Shown here piece after piece: positions 63,614 through 64,000 of a stretch of 64,000 bases of DNA (its first letter is position 1; every line of letters starts with the position of its first letter). This DNA is from Nitrospinota bacterium (lineage in GTDB: Bacteria; Nitrospinota; Nitrospinia; Nitrospinales; VA-1), in contig JAYNIA010000005.1 of the NCBI GenBank assembly GCA_038108555.1, forward strand, positions 1 through 64,000. Reading direction: 5' to 3'. The notes below the pieces were generated by a model. The model was given only the letters and a program-made list of their open reading frames with translations, did no database searches and was not told the origin of the DNA. The translations under genes and the position numbers were made by a program.

Positions 63614-63720
63614 TAGGGATTTCTCCTTTAATTAAGGTTTTCGCAAACCGCTATATTTTTTCTTTAAAGGTCCCACTCAAAAACTCGGAACCCAACTGGG
63701 TCAAACGGAAAATAGATTTT

Positions 63721-64000
<280 letters not shown>

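Overview
Bacterial chromosomal window, most consistent with a Nitrospina-like (Nitrospinota) genome; this is inferred from protein style, not proven. The right part (about 35-64 kb, mostly minus strand) is core housekeeping: 3' end of rpoB, rpoC, a contiguous str-S10-spc-alpha ribosomal superoperon lacking rpmD and map, then rho-rpmE-prfA-prmC-murA. The left part (1-35 kb) is accessory and mixed. It holds a PAS histidine kinase whose N-terminus is an ETR1-type ethylene-binding domain carrying the equivalent of the etr1-4 I62F change, with its response regulator; a frameshifted HD-GYP gene; cspA with a structured leader; a four-gene CDP-inositol cluster (ino1, IPCT-like, two CDP-alcohol phosphotransferases); an orphan B12-dependent RiPP-type radical SAM enzyme; a Rieske-FMN glutamate-synthase-like fusion; a TPR/FGE-like/cupredoxin/HDOD operon; paralogous pentapeptide-repeat and TPR proteins; two adjacent genes broken by in-frame TAA; and hflX, uvrD/pcrA, hemEH, queG, an HDAC-family gene, a GT2 and waaF. 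No rRNA, tRNA, CRISPR array, integrase or transposase was recognised.
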